Source: Octopus bimaculoides (Eukaryota). Taken from it: a stretch of DNA of 64,000 bases. Positions 37,335 to 51,562 of this stretch are shown here, piece by piece. Both the position numbers and the translations under genes were made by a program. The stretch's first letter is position 1. Each line of letters starts with the position of its first letter. The stretch lies in the NCBI RefSeq assembly GCF_001194135.2, contig NC_068999.1, positions 30,866,682 through 30,930,681 of the forward strand, read 5' to 3'. The notes beneath the pieces were generated by a model. It did no database searches. It was not told the DNA's origin and saw only the letters and a list, made by a program, of their open reading frames with translations.

Positions 37335-37954
37335 NNNNNNNNNNNNNNNNNNNNNNNNNNNNNNNNNNNNNNNNNNNNNNNNNNNNNNNNNNNNNNNNNN
37401 NNNNNNNNNNNNNNNNNNNNNNNNNNNNNNNNNNNNNNNNNNNNNNNNNNNNNNNNNNNNNNNNNNNNNNNNNNNNNNNNNNNNNNNNNNNNNNNNNNNN
37501 NNNNNNNNNNNNNNNNNNNNNNNNNNNNNNNNNNNNNNNNNNNNNNNNNNNNNNNNNNNNNNNNNNNNNNNNNNNNNNNNNNNNNNNNNNNNNNNNNNNN
37601 NNNNNNNNNNNNNNNNNNNNNTACATTAAGAAATGGAGTCAAATGCAGGTGTTATTCAAACTATTTATACTTTCAACATATTTTTTTAAAAAAGCATTCA
37701 GATTATTCCGGAGGGAATAAAAATGATGTAAAACAATGCAATCATCTTGCCAGGGAAAAAAAAAGGAACAATTTATCCATGTTATACAAAAACATTTCAC
37801 TTAACCCTGGAATTTCTACCTTTATAGGCTGTAATATCTTTGGCACTTATGTGAATTTTTGTTACCCTGGCAACTATTTATTTATTTTTTCCTTTATTTG
37901 TACACATTGAAAAAATACACACATGCACACACACACACATGTGCGTGTGTGTAT

Positions 37955-38350
37955 GTGTGTGTGTTGTTGGCACTTCGTCAGTTACGACGACGAGTGTTCC
38001 AGTTGATCCGATCAACGGAACAGCCTGCTCGTGAAATTAACGTGCAAGTGGCTGAGCACTCCACAGACATGTGTATACTTAATGTAGTTTTTGGGGAGAT
38101 TCAGCGTGACACAGACTGTGAGAAGGCTGGCCCTTTTGAAATACAGGTACAACAGAAACAGGAAGAAAGAGTGAGAGAAATTTGTGGTGAAAGAGTACAG
38201 CAGTGTTCACCACACCCCTGCCAGAGCATCGTGGAGCTTTAGGTGTTTTCGCTCAATAAACACTCACAACGCCTAGTCTGGGAATCAAAACCGCGATCCT
38301 AAGACCGTGAGTCCACTGCCCTAACCATTGGGCCATTGGGCCTCCACGTG
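37955..38350 (-). mobile_element. SINE family C, CpG-retaining copy
   Basis: Reverse complement of the 9808/60310-type sequence; many intact CpGs (GTTACGACGACGAG, GATCCGATCAACGG). Confidence 0.85.
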
Positions 38351-38613
38351 TGTATATATATATCGTTACTATTATGCAGAAGTATCATAAGTCCAAAACA
38401 TTACTTTTTCAGAAAATGAAAACATAGTTTCACTATTCCATATTGAAACTGTCGTACTACACTTTGACAATTTTTGATATCTTGGCATCTGAAGTAGCTG
38501 GAAATATGATAGTTTGACTAAAAGAACTGGCTATTGCAAGCAAAAATAAATTTTGAAAAAAATGCATTTAGCTAATTTTGGAAATACGACAGTTTAACAT
38601 AATAACAATATAA

Positions 38614-38653
<40 letters not shown>

Positions 38654-38689
38654 ACATACATATACATACATACAAATATATGACTGGAT

Positions 38690-39870
38690 GTGCCTTTCAT
38701 CATTATCGACTCTCGGAATAATTCCCACTTTTATGTGAATTGAAACAAGGTTGCATTCTTGCTCCTATGCTTTTCCCCTATACCTTGCTGCAATGATCTA
38801 TGAATTTTTGCTGGATCAGCCAAGTGCGGATATCAGATATTGTTTTGATGAAGGACACTTCAATCTGGCGAGGTTTCAGTAAAAGAATCTCACCAGTACT
38901 AAGCAAATCTCAGAACTCAAGTATGCTAATGACAATGTGGTATTCAGTTACTCATCTTTAGAACTGCAACAAGTCAATAATTTCACTAATGCACATCAAC
39001 ATTTGGGCTCACTGTAAATACTATAAAACTCAAGTCCGTATCCAACCAGCTCTGAATTCTGATCTTCTAAACTTTAAAGTCATTTCTGGCACACCACTAG
39101 AGCAAGTTAATTACTTTATATACCTTGGAAGTGTGCTACCAAATGCGATTTTGAGCAAGATGTGGAATGAGGAATCAGATCAGCTTGCTCAGCTTTTGGT
39201 AAACTAAAAACCATGTATTTAAAAACAAAGAGCTAACTTTGAAGACAAAGATTATGGTCTACCAAACTGTTGTCATATCCACACTCTCTTATGGTTGTGA
39301 AACTTGGACTGTGTATCACTGCAACAAAAAAAAAAATACTCAAACACCTTCATCATCTGTAACTTTACTCTCTCTTGAACATCAAGTGGGTTGTCTATGT
39401 CTCCAATAACTCTGTGATTGGAAGAGTGAATAGCCTCAGCATTAAATCCCTAATTATCAAATATCATCTTTGATGGGCTGGTCATATCATCAGAATGAAC
39501 AAAAAACAACTTCCTTATCAAATCCTCTTCTGTAAATTGGCAACTGGGAAAAGACAAAGCAAGACCCCTCTTTAACACTACAAAGATCAGCTAAAGTCAA
39601 CTCTGAAGCAGGCCAGCTTTGATCGCTTGGCTTTTGAGATGACTGTCACCAACTGTCCTAACTACTGACAAAATGTAAACAACAACATGATATTGTTTGA
39701 AAGAGAAAGAATAAGAAAAGAGGAGGAGAGACAATGGCAACAGAAGGACAAACAACAGCAACCACGGCTGACTCCAACGTTCCCATTTGGCCAATGTAAT
39801 TACATGCTTTACATGAGGATCAGCTTTATTAATAGTCCAGATATTTATCCAGGAGGAGAAATCAATCCTT
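38690..39870 (+). mobile_element. RTE (BovB-like) LINE, RT core to 3' end, degenerate
   Basis: KQGCILAPMLF (~38743), ELKYAND (YADD decay, ~38922), LEQVNYFIYLGSV, YGCETW (~39290), WAGHIIRM..LP.QILF, terminal finger remnant. Confidence 0.85.
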
Positions 39871-42623
39871 GGATTCAAGAGATGAGCCAACAACAACAAT
39901 ACATATATACATATATGTGTGTGTGTGCGTGTGACAGCCAAATTCATTTTCAAGGTATAAGTCAGCCTTGGGAGCAAAAGACAGAAGACACCTTCCTATG
40001 GAGCTGCACAAACTTCTCAGCCACATAGCAATATATAGACTTCCCATCAAACTGACATTCCTCACAAAACTATACCAGTCATATTTTTATTATTATAATG
40101 AAATATCTAGATCTTCTTATGTCACATTGTATAGATCACAAAATTCAGCTGATTATTATCCTTGATCACTTTTACTAACTTTAAAAATAAAAACATAAAG
40201 CAACAATGATCTACACGCTGCAATCACTGCATAAATATCTACTTTTATTGTTTTTTTTCTTAATATTGTTCCTTTCTATATTTGTTTATTAGAGGCCATC
40301 TTAAGTTATTTCTTTAATGTATATTGCAGTTGCTTTCATTCATTGATGAAGATGAGCAAAACTATAAGATAGTATAAAATGAAAAAGAAAAAGTCTAAAA
40401 TATGGAGCATAGTTGTAAGAGAAGTATATGTGAAGGAAGGTTAGCCCCCACCTCCCATGTAATTATCTGAAATGTAAGCAGATCATTTCATATTGAAAAT
40501 AGTTTTGAAAGGACTGATAGAAAATTAAGATTCTGTTCTTCTGTAAGTAATAGACTGAAGTATAACATAGACTGCAATAAAGTTTTCTATAGTTCTTCTT
40601 TACAATGCTGCCTAACTCCAATACCAGATGTCTATATCTATCTTACCTTGTAGTCCCACAGCTGTCAATATACAACATTAATTTATTGATGATCAAGTTA
40701 TAGACATGAATTGAATTATGAAAAATATCAAATGCTATAAGCTGTTCATGTCTAAATAAAAGACTTTCAAATACATTCTGAATATCTGAGTTGTGCTGAA
40801 AAGCAGGCACCAGCCTATAAACAATGAAATTCTATTCTCCAGAAATTCACTAGAGATTCAAGTTGGATTTCCAGTAAATGGCTAAGACTCACATTTGCTC
40901 TGCTAACATGGATCTAAACACTGTAGATATGATTAATAAATAAAATATGAACACTCCCTTATGTTATTAAAACAGTAACAACAAATGAAATATATTCTGC
41001 CATTGATGGGAAGAACAATTAATTAGTTTGGCACAAGAACAAAACAGACTTTGATGCAAGCACTTGATATTTTTGAATAATTGACATAACATTGTAGCAG
41101 TAATCTATAATGTACCAATTTCAACTTATCACTCATATATAATTTACAATTCCATCTTTGTAATAAAGTTTTACTCACTACAATGCAGCTATATTCCAAC
41201 AATTAAAGAAAATGCTACAGAGAATAAAAAAATGTGTTAATGTCTAATCATTAAAGGATTTATGCTAAACCATAAATCAATGAAATAATACACTCTATAG
41301 GTACTTAGTTATCAATCACTGAAACAGATTTATAGCTAAATACCTTGCTATTACCAGCATCTGTTAAACTGCTCTTATTTACAATAATAAAGTCAGAAAC
41401 AAGCTTAGATATTTCAAACATGAAATTATATGAAATAACATTTGTGATTATATAAAACCATTTTCCTTAATATATTTGATGAAAATTGTGTGTTAACTGT
41501 GATATTAAGATGTGCTTTACTACAGAGCAGATACCAAGATACTGGAGTTATTTGATGATTGAATAAAGATCAACGTAGAAAACTGAGTAAAGATCAAGAT
41601 ATTAGATTGTTAAATAGAAAACAAGATGTGAAACTACTAAGCAGACTTCAAGAGTTCTATCATTTACTGAAAATGTATAGGAATATAAAGCAGAGTCTGT
41701 AAAAACTTGTGGTGGTCTGTGCTGGAATTATATTGTAAAGTATGTGAGTTTGAATAAGCTTGTATGTCATGGGGTGAAAAGCAGTCTGGTGCTTCGAGGC
41801 CAACTTTTCATCTAAAGGAGATTGAAAAGTTAATGATGCTCAAGCTGTTTTACAGCATCCATTTAATTGATAGCAAAAACTAAGTAATTGAACATCGATT
41901 CAATTAATACTAGAAGATGTAAAATTCATAGTTGCGAAGAGTTTTCAGATGTAAATCTATCCATCAGGGTTTCAGGTTCAACTTTTTGAAAACTCCAGAG
42001 AACTTGTGTCTTGGAATCAAATATTTACCAAACATAAACAACCTAAAAATTTATTGTTCACTTATATATATGTTTGCTTATGCCTAAACACTTCTTAGCA
42101 CTGATATTACTGTAATTTTCATGACCTTGATGGTCTACTGGCACAAATTAATAAATGTTGTTGATTGTATTTCAGTTAAAGCCATGGCTTTGATTAGGTC
42201 TGTCTAGAGTTGCTTCTCTTCAATATTTCCCATTGATAATAGCTAAGAGAGAAGTTTTTCCATGGTAAGGGCAATGAATTTGCCTTTAGCAGCTGATATA
42301 TGTCACAATGAATTTTCCTTTAGCAGCGGATATATGCTACAAACATATTTTAACTAATCTAAAATTCACACGCATACACACACACACACATAAATATTAT
42401 GTGTAAGGTTTCAACAAATTGAATAGTACTCAATCAGTTAAGAGAGTAACGATAATGTTTTAATGGAAACCACAAGACTTGTGAAGTACAGCAATTTAGG
42501 GTTTAATGGCTAAAACATTAATTTATGGTGAAATAAATTATGTTTCATCCACAAAACTCTGGGTATTTCACAAGACTTATCGTTTTCATTACAACGTTTT
42601 ACATATATATATATATATATATG

Positions 42624-42782
42624 TATGGATCAAAACAGTTTGATTCAAATTTGTTGGTACTTCAAGAGTTGATGCTAATCTTCAGCCATTTTGACTTTTG
42701 AATTCAAAATGGCTAAAAATTAGCATCACTCTTGAAACTCTCAGAGTACCAATGAATTTGAATCAAATTGTTTTGACTCATA
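42624..42782. mobile_element. ~160-bp palindromic MITE-like hairpin in TA context
   Basis: Left arm TATGGATCAAAACAGTTTGATTCAAATT..GGTAC..TTCAAGAG..AGCCATTTTGA mirrored by TCAAAATGGCT..CTCTTGAA..GTACC..AATTTGAATCAAATTGTTTTGACTCATA. Confidence 0.75.
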
Positions 42783-44160
42783 TATGTAACTCCCAATAAA
42801 TGAGTTGAGCGCCCTTCTTTCATTTGCCCACTCACTTGTACACACACACACACACAATTATATATTCTAGGTTAAGTATTTGCTTTATAGGAGTCAGAAA
42901 ATATGATTTGTTGTCTTGGTAATAGAAAATATATTTGTTTTTATTTCATAAAGTTATGTGATGCTACCTTAGTACATGTCAATGTAAGTTGTTATTTTAC
43001 ATCTTTGTAAAATAACAACTTACATTGACATCTACTTTAAAATAAGTATTATGGCTTAATACAATTAACAGTTGCAGAAAAAATGTATATAACCTGAACA
43101 AGAATGCATTTATATTGAATTAAGTCTTCTCTAACTGGTATATATAAGGCAAAGATATTTATAAACCAGAACTAAAATTCTAGCATTACAGTTCATTGTT
43201 ATTTTTTCTTTCTTCTTTTGTATTCTTCATACAATTCTTGATACAAAGAATAATCCAGGTTTAGTGAAATAAGCATTGGATGAGATTTTGTGGTTAATCC
43301 AAGAAGATACAATTGTATGGGTGAAGATGCAGATAAGCTATTATATTATGACTGCTACAAGTCAAGATAAACAGGTAATATAAAATCTAAGTTATTTTCT
43401 CTATAAAACTTAATAGAGATTGCTGAGGTATGTGATGTAGAACAGGGTAACAGAGGTAGAGCAGAGATGTGTGAGAGGTATTTAGAGAGTGGGGAATGTG
43501 GTGTAGAAGAGGTAGAGCAGGTGGTTGTGAGAGGTGTTTAGAGAGAAAGAGAGAGAGAGAACAAGTAGTTTTGGGGGTTTTCAAAATAATAAGAATGTAA
43601 TGCAGGATCACTTTATAAGTAATGTGCATTTATTAATGGAGTGTGCGTATGTGTGTGTGCATGTGTACATACACTGTTGTTGTTTCCAAAGCTCAACTAT
43701 TATGACCAAAGACATTCCAATCATAGCCATCCTGTCTTTCCCTTGAAAATGGTATATCTAAGAGTGTCTAACCTAGTGTGTCCCTCTCTTTTCATGACAG
43801 CAGGATGCCATTCAAGAGAGATTCATCTTCTGTTAAGTCTAGCAAGTGGAACAATGATATAGAGGCTCTCTTGTGTTCAGAGAGTGTTATATATTATTGT
43901 ATTATCACATTAAATTAAACAACTCTATCTGACATAGCCAAACTCTTGTCCTGTAGTATATAGTCTTGCATTAGAGCCAAAAGCCATGACAGAAAACCCC
44001 ACAAGAAACCATGCCAAGTGGCAGCATTGAGAATGTTTGCTAAGAATCTCTGGTCTCTTTCAGTTAGTCTCAGCAGAGATTGCAACTCATGCATATCTTG
44101 ACCAGATTTCACTGGTAAGAAACAGTTGCAGCTTGATATATGTTGCTAGTGTGCAGATAC

Positions 44161-44200
44161 CTGCATACCTGCATACCTGCATACCTGCATACCTGCATAC
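44161..44200. repeat. (CTGCATAC)5 perfect octamer repeat
   Basis: Direct inspection. Confidence 0.95.
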
Positions 44201-44204
44201 TAAC

Positions 44205-44346
44205 TTGGTTAATGTCTAGGTTATCAAGGGCATGCTGTACAGCCAGCACTGCTGCTGGCAGTGAAAAGTCAGCCAGAAACCAGAATTTTTTTATGCATTT
44301 CAAAGGAATGTTAAGGCATTGTCTCTGTGAAACATGGCTGCCATAC
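44205..44346 (-). CDS. Candidate internal exon of an unidentified host gene (47 codons, YGSHVSQRQCLNIPLKCIKKFWFLADFSLPAAVLAVQHALDNLDINQ)
   Basis: Acceptor TTTTTTCAG|G, donor CAA|GTTAGT, one open frame over 142 nt. No homology recognised; a competing plus-strand 51-nt exon candidate lies at 44064-44114. Confidence 0.3.
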
Positions 44347-47300
44347 CTGAAAAAATGTACTATATAGTTATAACAAGCCTATGCGAAACATGAATTTCTG
44401 ATTTGGATAACCTTCATGGCATGGAGTACATATTCTACCAGAGTGGCAAACTTGAAGGTGAACACTGAAAATCTGGAATTATATTTGCTACAATGGAAGA
44501 ACATAAAGCCAAAGATCCCAGGAGAATGTACACCACTGGGTAACAGGATAATAATAATGAAACTATAACAGACAAAGAACTGTAATGCTGACAATTATCA
44601 GTGTATATGTTCTAACAATGACAAACATCAATGAAAGCATGAAAGTCTTCTATAGCTTGTTACTAAATACTTTATGATTGGTTGGACCTTAATGATTATG
44701 AGTCAAAATCAAACCCGTCAGAGACTAAGAGAATCTAGAAACACTAATTCTACAAAGAGAGCTTTCAGAGTTACTCACAGACAGCTAGAAAATGATGTAA
44801 ACATGTGGTAGGTAAATGGTAGGTAAAGAAGAGAGTAGTACAGCAATAGGCTACATAAAAGTCTTCTAGGAAAAAAAGAAACTGAAAGAAATTTGCACAT
44901 CCTCCCCATCTATTTATTAACCTATTCATTAGGATAGAGTGGTAGTTGAGAAATAAGGTGAGATGATGTAATGAATCTAGGTCCAACTTATGGATCTCTG
45001 CTTGGTCCATCACTGAAATGCCTTTTATCCACCATCATCTATTTACATTTGCTTTTCCATATTGGCATATTTGGAGTTATAAATGCTATAAATGGGTGGA
45101 AAATCCCTTCTCCCTCATTCCATTTTGCCATGTTTGTGGCAAGAAGTTCTTTCTATCACCAACAACTTTATAGAGAGTGTTGGGTATATTTTATTGTGGC
45201 ACCCACAGTAGAGTGGTTTTCTTGCCCTCAGCAAGACTTAAGAGTTTTGTTGATTCATTTACTAGTGCCAGAGATGTTAACTTGTTCTTTACAAGATGCC
45301 TCTTCTTTAAAAGATGCCTCTTCTTTACATAGTCTCCATTTCTTTTATGTACAACTGGACATGTAGAAGAAATATTTCTACCATGTCACCAGTACAGTCA
45401 TGCATTGCCTTTCTGTCATGTAAGTATCATAGTGAGGGAGAGTAAGTGATAGGCCACAAATACCAAGATGAAAGGAAAGAAAAAAAGGATATTATGTACT
45501 GAAATCAGCTCTTACATGTATATTGTTGCTGTTGCTGATACTGTCCATTATAATAAGGTGACAAAAAAGAAAAGCCTCAAAAATCTATATTTTGCAAAGT
45601 GTAAATCTTGCAATATAAATAATGTAACATGATCAAAATAATATCTGAATACGAATCTAAAAATAACAAGTAAAAAAACTGATATAGAAGTTGTGTAAAT
45701 GACAACAATATGGTAAACATAGTAGACAAGACAGAGATATATAATTTAAATAACTATCCAATGTACTGAAATGATGGCAGATCTTATTCAATTCTTGTTC
45801 AGCTTACATCATTTGAATATCTATTGAGAAGAATGTATAAATGATAGATATGTACCAGACAACTATGGAACATTTGATAGATCATTGCTGATGCTTATCA
45901 TCTCCCCATAACACTTGCACTAGTATTTGGAGTTGAGTGTGAAATATTATTATTTGCTTTAAATTTCAGTTGGTTCCTTGTAGAACATACCAATTATGGC
46001 ATGAGAGAAATGCTTGGAAACCATGGTAGACATCATTCATCTAGGATCTGCTACAGGAAAGTGTAAATAGTTAGCTAAGATGATGGAAGATCGCATACTA
46101 TATCACCAGTGCTAGAATGTGAGCTTAGCAAAGACACCAAACTTTCCACCATCTAGTTCCTACAGATCTAAATAGGTTTCCAGGGAGAGGTACAGTTCAT
46201 CATTGAAAGCAACAAGAAATAGTTTAATTATTTCATTAGTTTATTGCACTAAGCTAAAATCTGCCAATGGACCAGGAGAAACAACAGGATAGCTATTACA
46301 ATTAGAAGATGAAGTCTTAAGCATTCAATACTTATAGGGATGAGGAACAGAAAAGTGTTTAAGGAGTTATAAATTCTTAGAAGATGAAGAAGAATTATTT
46401 CTAGATATATCTACGACTACATTACACAATGTGTGATTCATTTTTGAAGATAACTGGGTATAGTGTAATTTGACTCGGTGGCTATTTCTTGTATGAAGAG
46501 CATCTACAAAGATGCTCCAAATCTGACTCACTCAAAAAATATACTGTTCAATGGCTGTTGTTGAGAAAAGTCAATGTTAGAGAGTATGGATCCTGTGGCA
46601 CCACAAACACAATCTTTTGGAATAAAGGTGGCCTCTGGACAGCATCAATGGATTAAGATAGAAATCAATAAATTTTTGCTTCAAAGAGTGACAATAAATG
46701 TGTTAGTAGACAATGGTTAATGTTTGCACCAAGTCTACTCACTTGGCCATAAAACAGAGGGAGAATTGTCCAGTGAATTGTTTTTCAAGTTTTCTTTTAA
46801 ACAACATTTACAACATCCAGTAAATATCAGATGAAATAAATTCTTACAACTGACACAATGGATACCTTCACACCTAAAATCAATAACTTTTTAGGAAATC
46901 TTCATATTACAATTCATCAGAAATGACAAAAAAACTTAGCTTAACCTTACTCTGTTCTCTCAAGTTGATGGCATCTTCAATAGAAATCTCTTCCTATTTC
47001 CATCCCTTTTCATCCTTACCTATTATGTTTCCTAACATTGGAAAATCTACAGTATTAACTGGCTGTCTTCAACAAAATGTCACAGCATTTAGTTCTCATC
47101 TTTCACGTGTCAATGAAACTTTAAAGTCTCATAATATAAGTTGGCAGGATTTTTGATAAAGTTAATAGATTTTCTCTACTATAGGTGGAATAGCAAACAT
47201 TTCTTAACAGAGTTGTAGCTAGAAAGGAGAAATTGACCCTCAATCCTGTACACTCTATTTTATAAAAATATCTAAAATTATTGACGAGAAGAATAGAAAA

Positions 47301-48023
47301 CTAAAAGACATTTCTATGAAATAAATAAAGCTACTAAAAACAAACTAAAAACATTGAATAAAATATAATTTATTTGGTATTGATGGCAAGTAAGTGACCT
47401 AACATGTAATTCATTGATTTTTGTATGAGTCAATAAGCTATTGAATTAAACATTAAGACCATTTAAAGTAAATGGTTGGACAATCATTTGATTGATCTAA
47501 TATTATGTGATTGATCAGGTAGAATATTACTGACTGTAGCATGTTGATTTTTATTTTATCTACAAGTAAAGACTGTAATATTTAGTCGTTAGTATCATTA
47601 ATATACTAGGTGAATCAACTGACTGTACATTTCCCACATAGAATAAAAGCCTTATCATCACCAGCACAGTCAATAGATATTTAGTTTAGATGTTATTGCC
47701 AATGTTAAAGATAAAATTTCAGTTCAAAATATCAATGACTTTCAGAAAAAATAAAGTTCATAAAGAAGATCTCTAAACACAACTCTCACAAACTCTGGAT
47801 AACCTACAATAATGTAACTGTATTAATTAATGTCACTACTTAACGAATGTTAACTGCCCATATATGAAGTGAACCAAGGACAGCATGAATATATTCTATA
47901 CACTAGCATCTGTGTCACAGTAGTGAACTGGTAAAGGATTCAATGTGAGATAGATCTTTGTTATGCTAACATTTGTAGGACACTGTAATACTGAACCTAA
48001 TAATGTAAACTCAGTTGGATATA

Positions 48024-48384
48024 CAGGGGTTGGACAAAATAATGGAAACACCTAGCATCATAGCATCATAATTTTGAAATGTCTATAGAACTGGCAAAAG
48101 CTTGTTTATTTTTATATTTTTTCATTTATTATCAGTGTTGCTAAATATGTTTTGCTAAAATTGCTATTTCTTTTCAGATATCACCAGAAAAAGGTAATTA
48201 AAATTCATTAAAATGACAAATCTATCAGACTTTCAAAGAGGTCAAATTGTTGGTGCTCATATGGCGGGCACTAGCTTAATGAAAACAGCCAAAATGTTTG
48301 GTGTATCAAGAAGTACTGTCTTGAAAGTAATGACAGCCATTGAGAAAAATCTTTAGGTGTTTTCATTATTTTGTCCAACCCCTG
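48024..48384 (+). mobile_element. Internally deleted Tc1-like element
   Basis: TA|CAGGGGTTGGACAAAATAATGGAAACACCTA ... TAGGTGTTTTCATTATTTTGTCCAACCCCTG|TA; remnant MTNLSDFQRGQIVGAHMAGTSLMKTAKMFGVSRSTVLKVM (Tc1 HTH). Confidence 0.92.
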
Positions 48385-48654
48385 TATGATGTACCTTATA
48401 ACATTTTACATATAAAATCCACTGCATGTCACCATAAAAAAAATTCATTCTGATCCAGTAAATAGTTATAGAAACAACAGAAGGCTAGGTACCTTTTTAT
48501 AATATTATTTAATGCCATTATAATCAGCAATTTGTATTTTTCAAGTCATTGGAAAACACAAATTAAATGGCAGCTAGGTATTTTATCTGAATTAAAAACT
48601 CACACAATAACAGAAGGCTAAATTTCAAATGAATCTATTTTCTTCATACTCTTT

Positions 48655-49040
48655 TTATTTGTTTCAGTCATTTGACTGTGGCCATGCTGGAGCACTGCCT
48701 TTAGTTGAACAAACTGACCCCATTTTTTTTACCCTCATTTTTTGTAAGCCTAGTACTTACTCTAGCGGTCTCTTTTGCTGAACTACTAGGTTATGGGGAT
48801 GTAAACACACTAGCATCAGTTGTCAAGTGATGGGTGATGGTGGGGGGACAAACACAGACACACAAACACATACACACACACACATACGAGGGGCTTCTTT
48901 CAGTTTCCATCTACTAAATCCACTCACAAGGCTTTGGTCTACCTGTGGCTATAGTAGAAGATACTTGTCCAAGGTGCCACGCAGTGGGACTGAATCTAGA
49001 ACCATGTGGTTGGTAAGCAAGCTGCTTACTCCACAATCAC
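48655..49040 (-). mobile_element. SINE family A copy
   Basis: Reverse complement of the 50030-50463 type. Confidence 0.85.
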
Positions 49041-49359
49041 TCTTACTATCATGCTGAAAAATTAAATAATTCTAAATGATGTTTTAATGAACTTTATTTT
49101 GAAAGATAAAATTGAAAAGAATAGAGTCTAAAATAATAAAGAGACTAGAAAAATATAGAACTACATAGCTAAATTGTTTCAACATGGTAAATATTGTTGA
49201 AGGCCAGCATTCCCTAATAACCAACTTACCAACTAAAACCCACAGGAAATGGAAATAAATTAAAACATTGAACTTTTAGAGTTTACCTCTTGTTCATTTA
49301 ATCACTGCCTTTCACTCAATTTTTTTTATCTCTTTATAACAAGGAACTCTCAGTATTAT

Positions 49360-49850
49360 GAGACTTGGCCGAATCATTAGAGTATTACACTAAATATCTG
49401 TGGTATTTAGCTATTCTGTGTTCAAATCTTGCAGTGGTCAACTTTGCCTTTCACCTAAGATAAAATACCAGTCAAATATTGAAGACAAATCAACTGTATC
49501 CTCCCCATGAAATATCTTTTACTTGTTTCAGTCATTAAACTGTGGCCATGCTGGGGCACCAACTTGAAGAATTTTAGTTGAATGAATTGACCCCTGTACT
49601 TATTATTATCATTATTTGTAAAGACTGGTACTTATTCTATTGGTATCTTTTGCTGAACTGCTAAGTTACAGGGTTGTAAGGACACCAACACCAATTATCA
49701 AGCAGTGGTCACACACACATAATGAGCTTCTTTCAGTTTCTGCCTACCAAATCCACTCAGAAGGTTTTGGTCAGCCCAAGGTGTCACACAGTGAGACTGA
49801 ATCTGGAACCATGTGATTGGGAGGCAAATTTCTCACCATACAGCCATACT
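49360..49850. mobile_element. Family B fragment (+) and family A copy (-)
   Basis: Similarity to 7995-8227 and to 48655-49040. Confidence 0.7.
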
Positions 49851-50029
49851 TAAAAATCTACATTTTTATTTATCAATATGCAAATGAGGAGAAAATTCAT
49901 GTTCAACGGGATGCCAGTCTATCACTAGTAACTTTTCCAATAAAATTTACTGCCTATGCTACATCTAGGGAAACTGTGCTGAGGTTACACAAAACATTTC
50001 CAAAGACAGTATGAAATGAGTTTTCAACA

Positions 50030-50190
50030 GAGCAGGAGTGGCTGTGTGGTAAGTAGCTTGCTTACCAACCACATGATACTGGGTTCAGTCCCACTGCATG
50101 GCACTTTGGGCAAGTGTCTTCTACTATAGCCTCGGGCCGACCAAAGCCTTGTGAGTGGATTTGGTAGATGGAAACTGAAAGAAGCCTGTC

Positions 50191-50237
<47 letters not shown>

Positions 50238-50463
50238 TATGTGTGTNNNNNNNNNNNNNNNNNNNNNNNNNNNNNNNNNNGTGTGTGTGTGTGTGTGTGT
50301 GTGATTGTATGCTTGTGTGTCTGTGTTTGTCCCCCTAACATCACTTGATAACCGATGCTGGTATGTTTACATCCCATCACTTAGCGGTTTGGCAAGAGAG
50401 ACCAATAGAATAAGTACTAGGCTTACAAAGAATAAATCCTGGGGTCGATTTGTTTGACTGAAA
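50030..50463 (+). mobile_element. SINE family A, well preserved, with internal (TA)n(TG)n
   Basis: Head GCAGGAGTGGCTGTGTGGTAAGTAGCTTG..GGGTTCAGTCCC (A/B-box-like), then GCACTTTGGGCAAGTGTCTTCTACTATAGCC. Confidence 0.88.
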
Positions 50464-51562
50464 CAAATAAAAGAAAGAAAAAGAAAAGAGCAAGAATGCC
50501 ATGTTGACCAACACTATAGTTGTTGACTGTATTTTCGTTAAAGATATAGCTTTAATAAGGTCTGTCCAAAATTGCCTCCCTTAGATATTTCCCATTGATA
50601 ACAGCTGAGGAGCTAGAAACATTGATGTCCTGATAGATGGCGACACAGGACAGATATGGTGTTTTTACACCTTGGAGCCATAAGAGAAAATTTTCTCCAC
50701 AGTAACTGCAGTAACTGCCTTTTAGCAGTTGAAATATATCACAAACTATCTTAACTAACCTAAACTTTGCATATATATGTGTGTGTGTGTGTGTGTGTAT
50801 TATAAATGAAAAAATGCATTGTCTTATATGTTTGTGCAACTCTATTCTTGCCTTCACTCTTTCTCCTTTTCTCTCTCTCACCCTCCTACTTCTATTTCCA
50901 GCCTTTCCACTTTCCCCTTTTTTCTCTCTCTTGCTCTCACACTTGTATTTGTAACCTTTCTCCTTTCTCCCCCTTCATTCCTTCCCTTATTTTCTCTCCA
51001 TTGCTCTCTCTCTCTCTCTCTCTCTTGTCTTCTTTCTCCTCTAGATGCTGCTGACATGTGACTTGTGGCCAGCTTTCCTTTCATTCTCTCCCTTCTTCAC
51101 ACCGGTCGCACAGCTGACTGGTTGTAAAATTTTTCTGTGTCTTGCTATTTGCTGTTTTCTATATCCGTTTGGATTTCTTCTCAGTGTTACCCACCATTCT
51201 TGTCTTTTTGGCTCTAAGGATGTATTTTGCTCATTTCCTATTTATTTCATCGTTGTCCATCATCTTAAATTGCATTTTTTTTTACTTTTGTATGTCCACT
51301 CTATGTTGTTTTGTTTGCTTAAGGCCCCACATTCTCCGCAGCTTTCATGGACACTACCAGCATGGGAAGTTCTCAGTCTTATCATTAACGGTGCAAAACT
51401 GAGTATTACCATTTGGTTGATAACTGATGAAGAATTAGGGATCTTCTGTGTCTGTCTCCTGTCTGGTTGTACACTCAGTACCCTGACTTTTATTAACAGT
51501 AAATATGTACATATATGTGTGTGTGTGTGTGTGTGTATGTGTATAGATATATATATATATAT

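Noticed and set aside
44971-45366. 131-aa plus-strand ORF in unique DNA
   Set aside because: No recognisable domain, no convincing splice sites or context; could be chance or a UTR.
46000-46330. LADFSL recurs in a minus frame here and in the 44.3-kb exon candidate
   Set aside because: This frame has several stops and no further similarity; treated as coincidence.
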